64,000 nucleotides of DNA from Selaginella moellendorffii. Taxonomy: Eukaryota > Plantae > Lycopodiophyta. Shown piece by piece: positions 35,110 through 46,888 of this stretch (positions within the stretch are counted from its first letter, which is position 1; each line of letters begins with the position of its first letter). A program made the position numbers and the translations under genes. The stretch is taken from NCBI RefSeq assembly GCF_000143415.4, contig NW_003314321.1, positions 310,001 to 374,000 on the forward strand. The letters run 5' to 3'. The notes beneath the pieces are model-generated. The model was given only the letters and a program-made list of their open reading frames with translations. It made no database searches and was not told the origin of the DNA.

Positions 35110-36794
35110 ATGAGGCGCAGGGAATCCCCAGCAATCCAGCTCGATCTCTCGCGCCCTCCAGCGCATCCAGGGAAAAGAATGCCGTCACTGAAGTTCCTGA
35201 CCATGGTGCTCCTCTCCTGCCTGGTATTCTCTTCTCTCCTCGCGCTAAGATTCGCCAGGTTCTCGCGGCTGGATCCAGGGTCGATAGCGCTGAGCCGACG
35301 AGCGATTCCTTCACACTGGCAAAATCCACCGCAAGGTACGCCGCTAGCAGCGATGAATTCTAGAATGGAAGCGCGGATCTTCGCAATGCAGGTGATCGGC
35401 AGGGCATGGATGGATTGCTCGCTCCCCGCGATCGAGAGGATCGCTGCCACAGTAGATCCCGGCACCACTTGTATCGCCAGCCTTCACGATTCAAGCCCTC
35501 AAAGTATCTGGTTTCCAAGCTTCGCCAATACGAGGCCTTGCATCAAAGGTGTGCTCCAGAGGCAGAGAAATCCAGGCAAGATGGTGGCGGTGGAAGTTCT
35601 TGCCAGTTTCTAGTCTGGGTCTCATACAGTGGCCTAGGGAACAAGCTGGTGACTTTGGCAGCCACTTTTCTCTACGCTCTACTCACGGATAGAGTTTTGC
35701 TGGTCGATCCAGGGGTGGACTTGGAGGAGCTCCTGTGCGAGCCTTTCCCAGGTTCTTCATGGCTTCTCCCATCGAGCTTTCCTCGAGAGTGGCTGCGTGG
35801 TCTCAACGAATCCTCGCAGCATAGATTTGGCTCCATTGTCCGCGACGCAGGAAAGTGTGTTCCCGATGCCAGTCACTTGATCGCCGCTCCAGGCAAGGTG
35901 TATATCCATCTCACTCACACCTACGACGAACAGGATCGCAGGTTTTTCTGCGAGGGCGAGCAGGAGTTCTTGAGAAAGGTGCCGTGGCTCTTCATCAAGT
36001 CGAACAACTATTTTGTTCCAAGCTTCTACTTCATGCCAACGTTTCGAGCGGAGCTGGAGAGGATGTTTCCGGAGCGAGAGACTGTGTTCCATCACCTTGG
36101 GAGGTACTTGCTTCATCCATCAAACTCGGTGTGGGCTCGAACAACGAGATACTACGAGAGCTATCTAGGCGGAGCAGAGCTGCTGGTCGGCCTCCAGCTC
36201 CGGACGTTCGAAGGCTCGATCGAGGCATTCTCGAACCAGGTCCTGGAATGCGTCGTCGAGAACAAGATGCTTCCCAATGTCACTCGCGACGACGAAGCTA
36301 GCAGACTGATTGATGGCGGAGAAGACAGATCAATCTCCGTGCTGATAACTTCACTCCACCAGATTTACTACGAGCGACTGCGAGACATGTACGTCATGTT
36401 TCCTACGGAAGATCTTTCGCGAGTCAAGGTGCACTTGCCGAGCCACGAAGGGGTGCAAAAGACCGATACTTCCGACCATGACAAGAAGGCGCTCATGGAG
36501 ATCTTCCTCCTCTCCTTTTGCGACACTTTGGTGACCAGTCCCATGTCCACGTTTGGCTACGTTGCACAGGGCTTGGCTGGTTTGAGACCGCGGGTTTTAC
36601 GCAGGCTGGAAGACGATCCCACTCAACCGGCTTGCTCCAGTGTCCTCTCCGTGGATCCGTGCTTCCACGCTCCTCCACTTTACGACTGTGACTGCAAAGG
36701 TGGCAGGGATCCCGGCAAGGTTTTGGACGCTGTCAAACACTGCCAGGACGTGAAGTGGGGGATCCAACTTGTCAACAATCCGAGCGACGAGTAG
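35110..36794 (+). CDS. FUT: Xyloglucan alpha-1,2-fucosyltransferase (GT37), 2 exons
   Basis: Type II membrane anchor, intron ~35336-35391, and motifs SGLGNKL, FLYALLTDRVLLV, VFHHLGRYLLHP, GLQLR, TSPMSTFGYVAQGLAG and PCFHAPP. Confidence 0.93.
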
Positions 36795-37010
36795 AAAGCA
36801 GCAGCAGCATGTATTGACGAAAATAAGGTACGAGGCTATCTTTTTTTGTTTGTGTGTGTACTTACACCATACACTGTTTTTCAGGCCTTTTCAATAAAAA
36901 CGAGAGAAGAGTCTGGCAAAGAACTTTGGAACTGAACGGTGGAGTGTCTGCTAGTAGTTACAAGTAAGCCTGTTGGTTGTGTTGTTTATCTAGCAATCAC
37001 TCTGACACTT

Positions 37011-37877
37011 ATGGAGCAACAGGTTGTTCTCTTTTGCGCTCTCTGGCTCTTCACGGCCAGCTGCTGCAGCGGAAACGCAATCTACCAAGGCACCCCCAAC
37101 CGCCTCCCCATTGGCTTCGCGCGAGAGACGATAGTCAGCGCTGCTTACAAAGTGCTCAACCGGATCCAGGTGGGCGACGCGTACCCCGCCGGCAAGTCCT
37201 TCTCAGACTACGTCCAAGTCGGCTCGATGCAGATCAACCTCAGCTTCTGGTTCCTCAAGAAGGCGAACGAGCGCGGCTACTGCAACGCGGCCGTGGATCG
37301 CAGCGTGACCGCGTTCGGACAGGAACTGAAGGACGGCCTGCTGCCACTCTACCTCGACCTCATGCGCCTAGTGAGGAGACAAGGCTTCGACTTTCTCATC
37401 CTGGCCAAGGACAACTACATGGCCATGTACAGCTTGGATCCTCCAGAGTGGCCGCAGCTAACGGACGAGTCGATCGAGCCGGCTAGTTTCGGAGACTGCT
37501 GGGTCTTCCTCACCGGCATCACGAACGCGATCTACAAGTTTCTCAGGGTAGGCCTCTCTATCCTGTCCGCAAGCAGGGCCTACGAGCTGATCATGCAAAC
37601 CGACTGCAACCTGGTTCTCTACGACTTGGGCCATTCGCAGTCGCTGTGGTCGTCGGAAACGAACGGGAAGGGCGACAGCTGCTACGCGGTCGTCCAGACG
37701 GACGGAAACTTTGTGGTGTACGACGGCAAAGGCGTGGCCCTGTTCACGACCAACACGTACTGCCGCCTCCCCTGTTACGATGCCACTTCCCTGGTGGTGG
37801 GCGACGATGGCGTGCTTCGCTTGTTTAACAATTGGCTGGCCATTCGTCTCTGGTCGAGCGATGGAAAACCATTGTAG
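37011..37877 (+). CDS. Intronless secreted protein: signal peptide, unrecognised ~160-aa domain, C-terminal bulb-type (GNA/B-type) mannose-binding lectin
   Basis: Signal peptide MEQQVVLFCALWLFTASCCSG. QxDxNxVxY sites MQTDCNLVLY and VQTDGNFVVY, plus a degenerate third site GDDGVLRLF. Confidence 0.85.
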   Translation: MEQQVVLFCALWLFTASCCSGNAIYQGTPNRLPIGFARETIVSAAYKVLNRIQVGDAYPAGKSFSDYVQVGSMQINLSFWFLKKANERGYCNAAVDRSVTAFGQELKDGLLPLYLDLMRLVRRQGFDFLILAKDNYMAMYSLDPPEWPQLTDESIEPASFGDCWVFLTGITNAIYKFLRVGLSILSASRAYELIMQTDCNLVLYDLGHSQSLWSSETNGKGDSCYAVVQTDGNFVVYDGKGVALFTTNTYCRLPCYDATSLVVGDDGVLRLFNNWLAIRLWSSDGKPL

Positions 37878-38147
37878 AAGCCGCCATTTTTCTTAGATAT
37901 GCCCGGAATATGCCATAGTATCTATATTTATTCTAGACTAATCTTGTGTGTTTAGTGTTAACAAGCTACATTTCTGGTATATTCGAAAACTGACCTAGAA
38001 GGATATTCCTTAAAGGCATATTCGCACAATATACTTTCAGCTAAGCCTAAAAGGATATCCTTCGTATCATTTTAATGATAAAATTTGTTAACCTAGAAGG
38101 ATATTCGCTAGAGGCAATCGCATATTCATCCCATTTGAAAATTGGCA

Positions 38148-38663
38148 ATGGGAAATCCGCGAGTTTTCTTGGAGATCACCATCGCGAGCCACAAGGTGGG
38201 GCGAATCGTGATGGAGCTCTACAGCGACACCACGCCAAAGACGGCCGAGAACTTTCGGTGCCTGTGCACGGGCGAGAAGGGCGTGGGCAAGCGCGGCAAG
38301 CCCCTCTGCTTCAAAGGCACGCCCTTCCACCGCGTCGTTCCGGAGTTCGTCGCGCAGGCCGGGGACGTGATCGAGGGGAACGGAACGAGCGGCGAGTCCA
38401 TCTACGGGCCAAAGTTCCTGGACGAGAGCTTTGAGCGCAAGCACACGGGTCCCGGGATCCTGTCCATGGCCAACGCCGGCCCAAACACGAACTCCTCGCA
38501 GTTCTTCGTCACGCTGGGAGCCGCACCGTGGCTGGATGGCAAGCACGTCGTCTTTGGCCGCGTTGTCGATGGAATGAATGTGTTGAAGGCCATCCAGGCC
38601 GCTGGAACTCTCGGGGGCAAGCCTTGGAAGAAAATCGTCATCTCCAACTCTGGACAGCTCTAG
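38148..38663 (+). CDS. CYP: Single-domain cytosolic cyclophilin (PPIase), intronless
   Basis: [53 protein letters not shown] and [10 protein letters not shown]. Confidence 0.97.
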   Translation: MGNPRVFLEITIASHKVGRIVMELYSDTTPKTAENFRCLCTGEKGVGKRGKPLCFKGTPFHRVVPEFVAQAGDVIEGNGTSGESIYGPKFLDESFERKHTGPGILSMANAGPNTNSSQFFVTLGAAPWLDGKHVVFGRVVDGMNVLKAIQAAGTLGGKPWKKIVISNSGQL

Positions 38664-39492
38664 ACGAAGCCTCTGCCTTCTCAGTTTCCCTGGAGATCTT
38701 TTTCTTTTTTTCTAGCAGGTTCTCTTGCATTCCCTGGATATCTTTCTTCTTCGTTCAATCTCTGGATATCTGTCTCTTGGATATCTTTTCTTCTGGAGTA
38801 TCTTTCTCTTCTTCCATGGATATCTGTCTCTCCATCCCTCTCTGCAGAGCTGAAAACCTGTAGAGACTAAAACTATGCGTGCTAAAGCCCGAATGCCCCA
38901 AGCCTCTTACAAAACGAAGAAGAAAAATGTAGAAGTCGTTCGCTAGACTATATTGCTGTTACCTATTATCCTTCTAAACCATCAAAACTAGGCAGCCAAC
39001 TAAAATGGTACCTCGGCTCCGCTGTACACCTGTTTTTTTTTCTTTCCCCACCCAGTACTAGTATCGACCACCAAAACTCTGTGACTCTCGAGTGCTCCGG
39101 CAGTAATTCCACACGGTGAAGGGAATTGCAAGCAACCAAGAAACACAAAGTTTACCTTTCACGAGAAAACTTCCGCGAGAGAAAGTTACCTGGAATGCGG
39201 TAGAAAAGTGAGAACCAACCGAAACAAGAAGTATATACCTGTCTTCTCCTTGCCGTCGAGCGCAGTCACCTGCAAAACAGATGCAAATAAATGCTCGTCA
39301 AGCTCGTGACAATACTAAGTCTTACAACGAACGCTCCTATCGTCCAGTGACGTTTGCTGCACAAGACAATCCACTGTAAGTCTCAATGAAGAAGATAGCA
39401 GAAGCAAAGTAAAAGAAATGGAAGGTAGACCAATATCGGACTCGAGGAACGTTGGAATTCTTCCAGCTTTCCACTCCAGCGCTCTCCATACC

Positions 39493-42400
39493 TCATAGCG
39501 TCAATCCTGCTCCTTTTGCAGCTTCGGCGGCAGCCTCCGGGTTCCATGCTCGAGATATAAAGCGTCGCCACAGACCAGCCGAAAACGGATAGGCCGCAAG
39601 AGCATTCCTGTAGAAGCTCTCGCAGCAGTCTTCCAGACCAACCTGTTGAAGCCAATCCCCGGCCTCCAGCCACAATCTTTCGGGAGCAGCAGAGAGCCGC
39701 AAGGACGTCACAAGAAGCGAACCAGCCCAGGCTGCTGCTGCAGGACTGAAGCCATCCGAAGTGTTGAGCGCCTTACAAAATGCCAACGCCAGGACGGAAT
39801 TCGATGGAAACAACTCCAAAAGTCCGCCACCAAAGTGCCTGGAAAACTCTGGCTGGTCGCGTGGAAGTAGCTCTGGGCCGGAACACATGCGCAGCAAGGA
39901 GTTGACGAAGGAATAGTCGGAAGGAGCTGGCCCGAGCAATGTGTCTATGAAACAGCGGATCCTGCGCTTCTTGATGCCCTTTAGAAAGCCCCGTCCGAGA
40001 GGAGTTAGCTTTGGCGACAACCGTGACTGCATATGGCACCTGTCCAAGATGCTCGTGAACACGTCCTGAAAGTTACGACCACCTGTAGCCGAGAGCTTGA
40101 AGGCGGCAAACTCCAGCCAGCAATGCGTGCCAGCATGAGTCGACGACAGTGCTTTCTCTAGAGCGACTTGAGCCTCGTGCGATCTCCCCCGTAATGACTC
40201 CAAAAGAGCGATGTTCACCAATGAGAAAGTGGAATCCTCGACACTCTTGGAGCCCGTTGACAACGTCAACCCGTTCGTCTGTCCATTCCTTGCCTCCCTC
40301 GTTGAGCACTTCTGAAGTATAACTAGCGCCCCCTCCTCCCCTTCCCATTCCAAAGCATGGCCAGCGTACTGATTCCACAGGGCCTGAACGCCAGATCTTT
40401 TACTTGGCCACTTAGACAACGCGCTCTGAAAAACCGCCAGCCCGGATTTACAGCCCCCTCGTAACCTTTGGACGTTCGCACAAAGAACTACCAGCTCCAC
40501 TGAGCACGGATGTAGTTGCACCGCTTGCTGGCAATAGTTTGAAGCATACTCGAGGTCCTCAAAGGCCACCAAAAACCTGATAAAGTTTACTGCCAACACT
40601 TCTTTAGGAAGATCATCCCCGGACCCTGCCGGCGCTAAAGAACCTGTCGCAGTCTTCATCATCTTCACCACCCGTGATCGTGTCCCTTCATTGACCACCT
40701 GAGGCGTTTCCCATTCCAAGCTAAGAGGCAATTCCTGCTTGCAACCAAGCCTGGAGATAACTGATCCTGGTAAAGTTCCGTAGGCACAGAAGTACGCGCA
40801 GCAAACCCAGAGGATGCACGCCTCGGAAGCCTGTAAGTTCTTCCAGACAGCTGATGAGCTCTTCCACCCGTTTAAAGTTCCTTCACTAGTCACGAGGTTG
40901 TCTATCCACTTTAAAACGTCGTTCTCGGACATGGCCAAAGTGTGAAACATCTTCAAAACCAAATCGAGGATGCACGCACTATTCTGCCCGTCGCCATTGA
41001 GCCTGTTTCCTTCGCATAATGACAGGATAGCCAAGTCATATGACTCGAGTAGATCCCCTAGGCTTGTTCTGCTGGCAAGAACAAGACACCAAAGGTCGTA
41101 CGAGTACTTGTTGAGTCGCACCTGCAGGAACATAGTCCACTGTTGAAACGCAATTTTAGACGCATGTAAAGCTTTTACCGCGTGAAGGAACATGTCGTCG
41201 TTCTTAGTCATTGAATCCTCCATGGAGATTAAAACCAGATAAACCACCCATAGAGGCACCGACGTTTTGTTCATTTCCAACGCTCTGGACAAAACACATA
41301 GCGCCTAGCACGCACATAATCCTTCGTTGGAGACTGATCTATAAAAGCAAAATGGCTACTTACATTTTTAAGACAATTTGAACTTTCGATGTTGACATCG
41401 TATTGCAAGATATTTAGAGCCAAGTCCAAGCATCCGTCGGCACTAGATTCCCGAGAGAGCTGAGAAAATTTAAGTCATAAGAAAAAATCTGACCCGGAAC
41501 TCCAAAAGCATACGTACCATTTGTTTTGCATTTACCACGTCTGCTTGCAAAACGTCAAAGTTTTCGTTGAATAATTTACTCCTCTCATCAAGGATGCAAG
41601 GCATGTCTTGTGGAAGTGGCCTTTGCATAGATATCGTTGTCAAGAACGAGTATAACGAGTTGACGGGAGCAACGGGAGAAACATTGAAAAACTTTGTACG
41701 ATTCATCTCCTGCCAATCTCTCATGAGGTAGGTAGCGATGCGATAAGTCGGCACTGGCACTTCGAACTGCATCCAGGATGCCTGTCGCTTGTTTCGATTT
41801 TCCTCGGATGCCTCCTGCCTATCCCGTATGTATCCCAGCCTGTGATGACTGACATGCTGAAAACTGCAAAGCTCGTTGTTGCATTTTCCACGGTGCTCGA
41901 ACTTGCAAAGCGGCTTGAACGGGTCGAATACTTTAGACGATGTCGAGTTCTTCAGAGGACTTTCGTATTTGCCGAAAGGTTCAGCTGTAGCCTCGAATGC
42001 CTTCTTTGCTTCTGGCACTTGAATTCCACACACCGCTGACTTGAAAGTGAATTGCCGAAAAACAACCAAACGGCCCGCTGACAACCTAGTAAACCATTTT
42101 GTGCCGTTCAGACTGCTGTCCCTTACTTCCACCGAGAAGCCTGTGTTTTCCAAGTCATCCATAACTACACCGATCGAAGATTCAGTGGAGCTGCCCTGCT
42201 TCGGAGCACCGTTGACGTCTTCCAGCGGATCCAGCGTAGTTACAGGCTCCCTGCCGGAGGTTTCCAATTCGTTTCCCACGACGAGGTGGTCCATTTTGTT
42301 TCTGAGTTCTTCTGAGCTCGACGATGAGCCTTGCAAGTCCTCCTCTTCGCAAGTTGAAGCTGCTACAGCTTCCTGTACCTTCTCTTCGATCGGGGGAGCC

Positions 42401-44661
42401 TGATAAAAGAAAATATTAAGTTTTCAAAACAATAAATCGATAGAAGTATATGAGCATCACCTTCGAAACATCATGAGCATCGTGAGCCACAGGTGGCTGG
42501 GTACAAAGTCCTGCATCAAGAGAAAAGAGGATCACTTTACGTACAAAATTATGATCCAGCTTACCGGCGGACTCTGCAGTGATCGTTTGAATTAAACTCG
42601 TAGCATTATTCTCAGGAACATTCGGACAGGCAGGTTGGGTTTCAATCTCCTTCTCTGCGTCTGCATCCAGCTCCTTAGCTTCGCTCACAGATCGTCCTGA
42701 AACGATCTCCTCAAGTATGCGAAGAGGTGCCGGATCATCGTCACGAGTAACGATGCCAGTAGAAACATTTGTCTGATCGGCAGCAGAAGGAACGATGGGG
42801 GAGTCCGACTTCGGAGCGTCAAAACAAGTTTGAGCTAATTCGAGAGGCCGGCCCTCCTCCATAACATCACACCTCATTTCAGCTGCTGTGACTTTTAACG
42901 AGATTATATCCCGCCGCCGATAAAGTTTGTCGCAGTTCGCAGTAGCCACCTTCAACGCTTCTTGGGCTTCCCGATACGCTTTCCTAGCCAGGCGTTCTCG
43001 AATCTCACACATGTGTCGATGGTGCTGTGCCAACTCCAACTCCTTGTCAACCGCTTCTTCTTCCAGGGCTAGTTCCGCAACCGACGGTTTACTTCTAGAA
43101 ATACCAGCGACGGCGATCTCAAGACTGCTCATGTTTTGTCCGCCAGCCGACCTTTTTTCCGTCGACAGATTGGCCACCTCCAGGTATCCGCTTTGCGGCA
43201 AGACCTCTGCGCAGGCGTTTTCCACAGCACCTGGTAGCTTTTGCCTTTTAGTGCTGGCTTCCTCTTCATGCATGGCCTTATCGGCACCACGCTTGATGCC
43301 CCCACCGTGCGTCGACGTATCCATCGTCTGAACTGCCAAAGGTCTCGAATCTCCCGGCCCGGTGTTGGATGACGGTCCCAGAGTTCCCAGGTTTTGCTGA
43401 GTCGCTGGAGAAAATACATTATCGGTAACCGGAAAACTCGCGTTGTTTGAAGCTGGTAAGCTTGAGTCTGGAGGACTAGAGGTGTTGGTTGAGTTATTTA
43501 CGACCTCCCTTCGTTGCCTCTGCTGCTGAATTTCAACCTCCTTCGATGCTATCTGTTTCCTCAAAAGGTCCAGATTGGTCTGAGTTCCACAGTCCTTCGG
43601 ACCAAGAGGATTTTGCCGAGAGTGACTGCCAGCGGCGGGCCTGGTACTCTTTAAAATCGGCAGTGACTTCCCTTTTACTCGCTCGATAGCAGCAATTTGC
43701 TTCTTCATCCGGTCAATCTCCACCCGCAAGCTGGCCGGCTTTGCTGCGTTCACTGGAGTTGCTTTCGCATCTTCTCCATCGCTCTCATCGTCTGAAAACT
43801 TGATGAGAAACGGGTTCTCGCCAAGGCCATTGTTGCTCGCCTTGTGAGTGTTTGCCTTTCCATTTGGCAGCTGTGCTGGAAGACACACTGACGAACGCAT
43901 CAGCGAAAAACACGAGAAATAAATCGCAAAAACCTCCTGTGGTAGAAAGCGTCTTAGTCGCGGTTCCCATGCGCAAGTCGTTCGCTCCTTTGTCTTTTTG
44001 AATGGAATGGTTCTTCTGAGGAATCTCTGGCGGAGTTTCACTAACAGTGTTCGTGACCTGAAAATAGCAGGACGAAACTTTAGCACTGAGAAAACCAAGA
44101 GAAGATGAAAGAATCAAAAGAACACAGCGAAGCTTTAGCGCTGCGGAAAGCAAGAAACAAAAGAGAAGATAAGCACTGGCATTTTTTACTCACTTGCTTT
44201 TGCAGCGGTGTGCTTGCTGGCGCCCGATACACTGCGTGGATACTATAAAAACTCTAGGCCAGAGAAATGGAATGGAAAAGGAAACTATTTACCAAAGGAT
44301 TGTGCTGCTGCTGCCCCTGCTACCTTCAAATCCAATGGCAAATGCGGCACTCCAGTCGGCGAGGCGCTCGATTGCTGCGCCGCTGCCGCTGCTTTCTTCT
44401 TCTTCTTGTGGTTGCCGCTCACCTTGCGCTTGGCCTGCATCGAAATATCTAGCTTCAAGAACAGCTGCAAATCGAGAGAGGAATCCATTGCCCTACCATA
44501 CAATCTGCGCCTTGCGCGTTCTCATCCGATGACAGCTCCCCTTCTTCCTTCTCGTCGATCGCAGCAGCAGCCCTGACCCAGCGATACGATCTCCGAGACG
44601 TTTCAGGGATTGAAGCGAAGGCCAATGCTCTCAGATGCTCAGTGCTGAGCGCATCATCCAT
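39493..44661 (-). CDS. ZFC3H1/Red1-like protein (zf-C3H1 plus C-terminal HAT/TPR repeats), nuclear exosome adaptor, multi-exon
   Basis: EKEEGELSSDE near the N-terminus, coiled coils, DPFKPLCKFEHRGKCNNELCSFQH, and SRALE...LWVVYL with other HAT-like LWxxY/F repeats in the 599-aa last exon. Confidence 0.88.
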
Positions 44662-44894
44662 TACCTCTACGCTACGCTCGTCATCCCCTTCTCCTCACCC
44701 TAACCCTAAGCGCATATCCAGCGAATCGTTCTTAGAGGTAAACTACTAGTTTGACCATGTAGAGTTGACCATTTTTCTCTAGTCAAACTTAAAACGTTAT
44801 ACATTCTATTCATTATACTTACCAAAAACTTGCCACGCACTGTGGCATGTTAATATCGTTTTATAGCAGTAGTAGTAGTGGACGAGCTCTTGGG

Positions 44895-46135
44895 CTAATC
44901 GAATTGCCGAGGAAGGAGATGGAAAATATAGTCGGAACTTCTATACGATCTTTGCAACTGGAGGTTGGAAAATCCTTTGCTCATCTCCTCGTCTTCGTCC
45001 AGTCCAGCCGTCTCGAATTTGCGAGACCACCACGTCCGGTTGTGGCTCTTGATCTGTCCAAAGATCATCAGCGAAAGCACATAGAAAAACTTTTCTTACG
45101 GATTTTAGTGCCGCTTGGAGCTGCCTGGCCGATGATACTTGCGATGGCTGACTAGCTGTGCAAGAATTCAGCGCGTTAGAGACTAGAGGATGCTGGAAAG
45201 ACGTGAAACAAGATAGAGAAGGCTTACAGATGAAAGCAACGATGGCATGGCTGGTTAGTCGAGCTAGCTCCGGAAGTGTTCTGTTCAGCTGGCGAGATGT
45301 CAAGTGCTCGAGTGTGTTGCTTGCCAAGACCAGGGAGAATGACTTTGATCTGTATGGGAGTCCCCGGTGAACGTCCGCAATACGGACTAATCCCTTCTTG
45401 ACGAGGCTCTTGCAAACCGAGCTTGGATTTGTCATCTCCGATGGTTCCACACCCCATGCCTGTCCGCCTTCGTCTTGAAGCAGCCTGGCGACGACGTTAC
45501 ACGTCTGCGGTCCGATGTGAAGAACTGCTTTCATGTGTTTTCCATACACCTCTTGCAGCAATGGTAGAGCGTCCAGCACTCCAGCAGACGCTTCCTCCGA
45601 GTTATTGTCTAAAGAGAAAAAGCTCTCAAGTTGAACAACAGGAAGAAAACGAATAGTGAGTACCAGCAATGGACTTTAGCTGTTCGTGTTGATCCTCCTC
45701 TTCAGTGTCATGCGTATGAGTTTCCACTGGAAGTGAGCGCACAAGTAAGGATGGATTGAGCTTCCTTGCTGTGGCTACAGCCGAGGATGGCGAAGTCTTT
45801 GAGTGGTGCTGGAAGGCTACAATGAACGAAGTGATGCGATTTAGTCCCAAAGCATAGAAGAAGGAAATGGATCACATACTTGAGGGCCCGAAGAGGTAGA
45901 CGAAAAACAACACCATAACCTGGGAAAAACAAAGAAAGGCTTTAGAAGAACGAGCCAATAGAACAATAGTTCGTAGGATACAAAAAAGAAAGAAGAAATT
46001 TGGCAGCCTACTTACGACGAATAGAACGCAGGCGGAGACTAGCGAAGAGGAGTCCGATTTGCTCTGAGCCTGCGCGGAGCTGGACAATCCATTGCCTCCC
46101 GAATCGTCGGAGGACCTTCTCGGACGCCGAGACAT
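44895..46135 (-). CDS. CGR: Cotton Golgi-related pectin methyltransferase (CGR2/CGR3-like), multi-exon
   Basis: MSRRP start and TM segment, then LPLLQEVYGKHMKAVLHIGPQTC, AWGVEP, CKSLVKKGLVRIAD, LPYRSKSFSLV, LNRTLPELAR and TWWSRKF. Confidence 0.9.
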
Positions 46136-46888
46136 CGCATTGTTCATCTGAAAAGCGGCATGAATTCCAATAATCCCATTAGGGCCTAATGGAATGTTCC
46201 TGGGGGGGCAAATCGAAGAATGCAGGCGAGATCTGACCCTCCCGGGCATCAAATCACACAAAACAAGCACCGAAGCGCACAGAATCACAGCAACAATGCC
46301 GCAATCCCACGAAACAATGCAAGAAATTGCAAGGATCCCGTCGAGAAATCCATACCCTAGGCAGATCGATCGCGATCTCCAATCCAAAACCCCGCCGCCC
46401 TCACAGCGCCTAGCCAGCGCACTTGCTCTCGACTGTGTGGAGGTCCAAATAGCTAAACCTTTGTCCGTAGAGCACCGTTGGATCTCATACCAGCTGGCAA
46501 GCCAATCACACAGACTTCCTTTTTCCCCTGTCCCTGTGTCTCTCTCTTGCTCGCTCGATCCATGCCGTTGATTCTAACGGTATTCGTACGTTGATTAAAC
46601 CTTTGGTTTGATAGTCTGTGATTGTAGCTTAAATTGGCTTCTTTGAAAATTTGGTGGCAAGAACATCCAAGTAGTTATTGACAATCCAAATCTAGCATGT
46701 CAGTAGTAACGGAGACAAATCCAAATAATATTGTGGATTTTAGTAAGCATGCTGTTAGGGTTTGTTATGGGTTTTTGTGAGAATCTTCTAAAGAGCATAA
46801 GGATATTCTGGAAGGAGCATATTCCTCTCCATTGCGAGAATATTCTAGAATTCTGAGAAACTCAAATCGATCTGGGCCGTTGGTTGAT

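Noticed and set aside
46837-46856. GAAnnTTCnnGAA heat-shock-element-like sequence
   Set aside because: It lies in the WDR46 3' flank, ~700 bp from the CGR start. A single short match is not enough to call a regulatory site.
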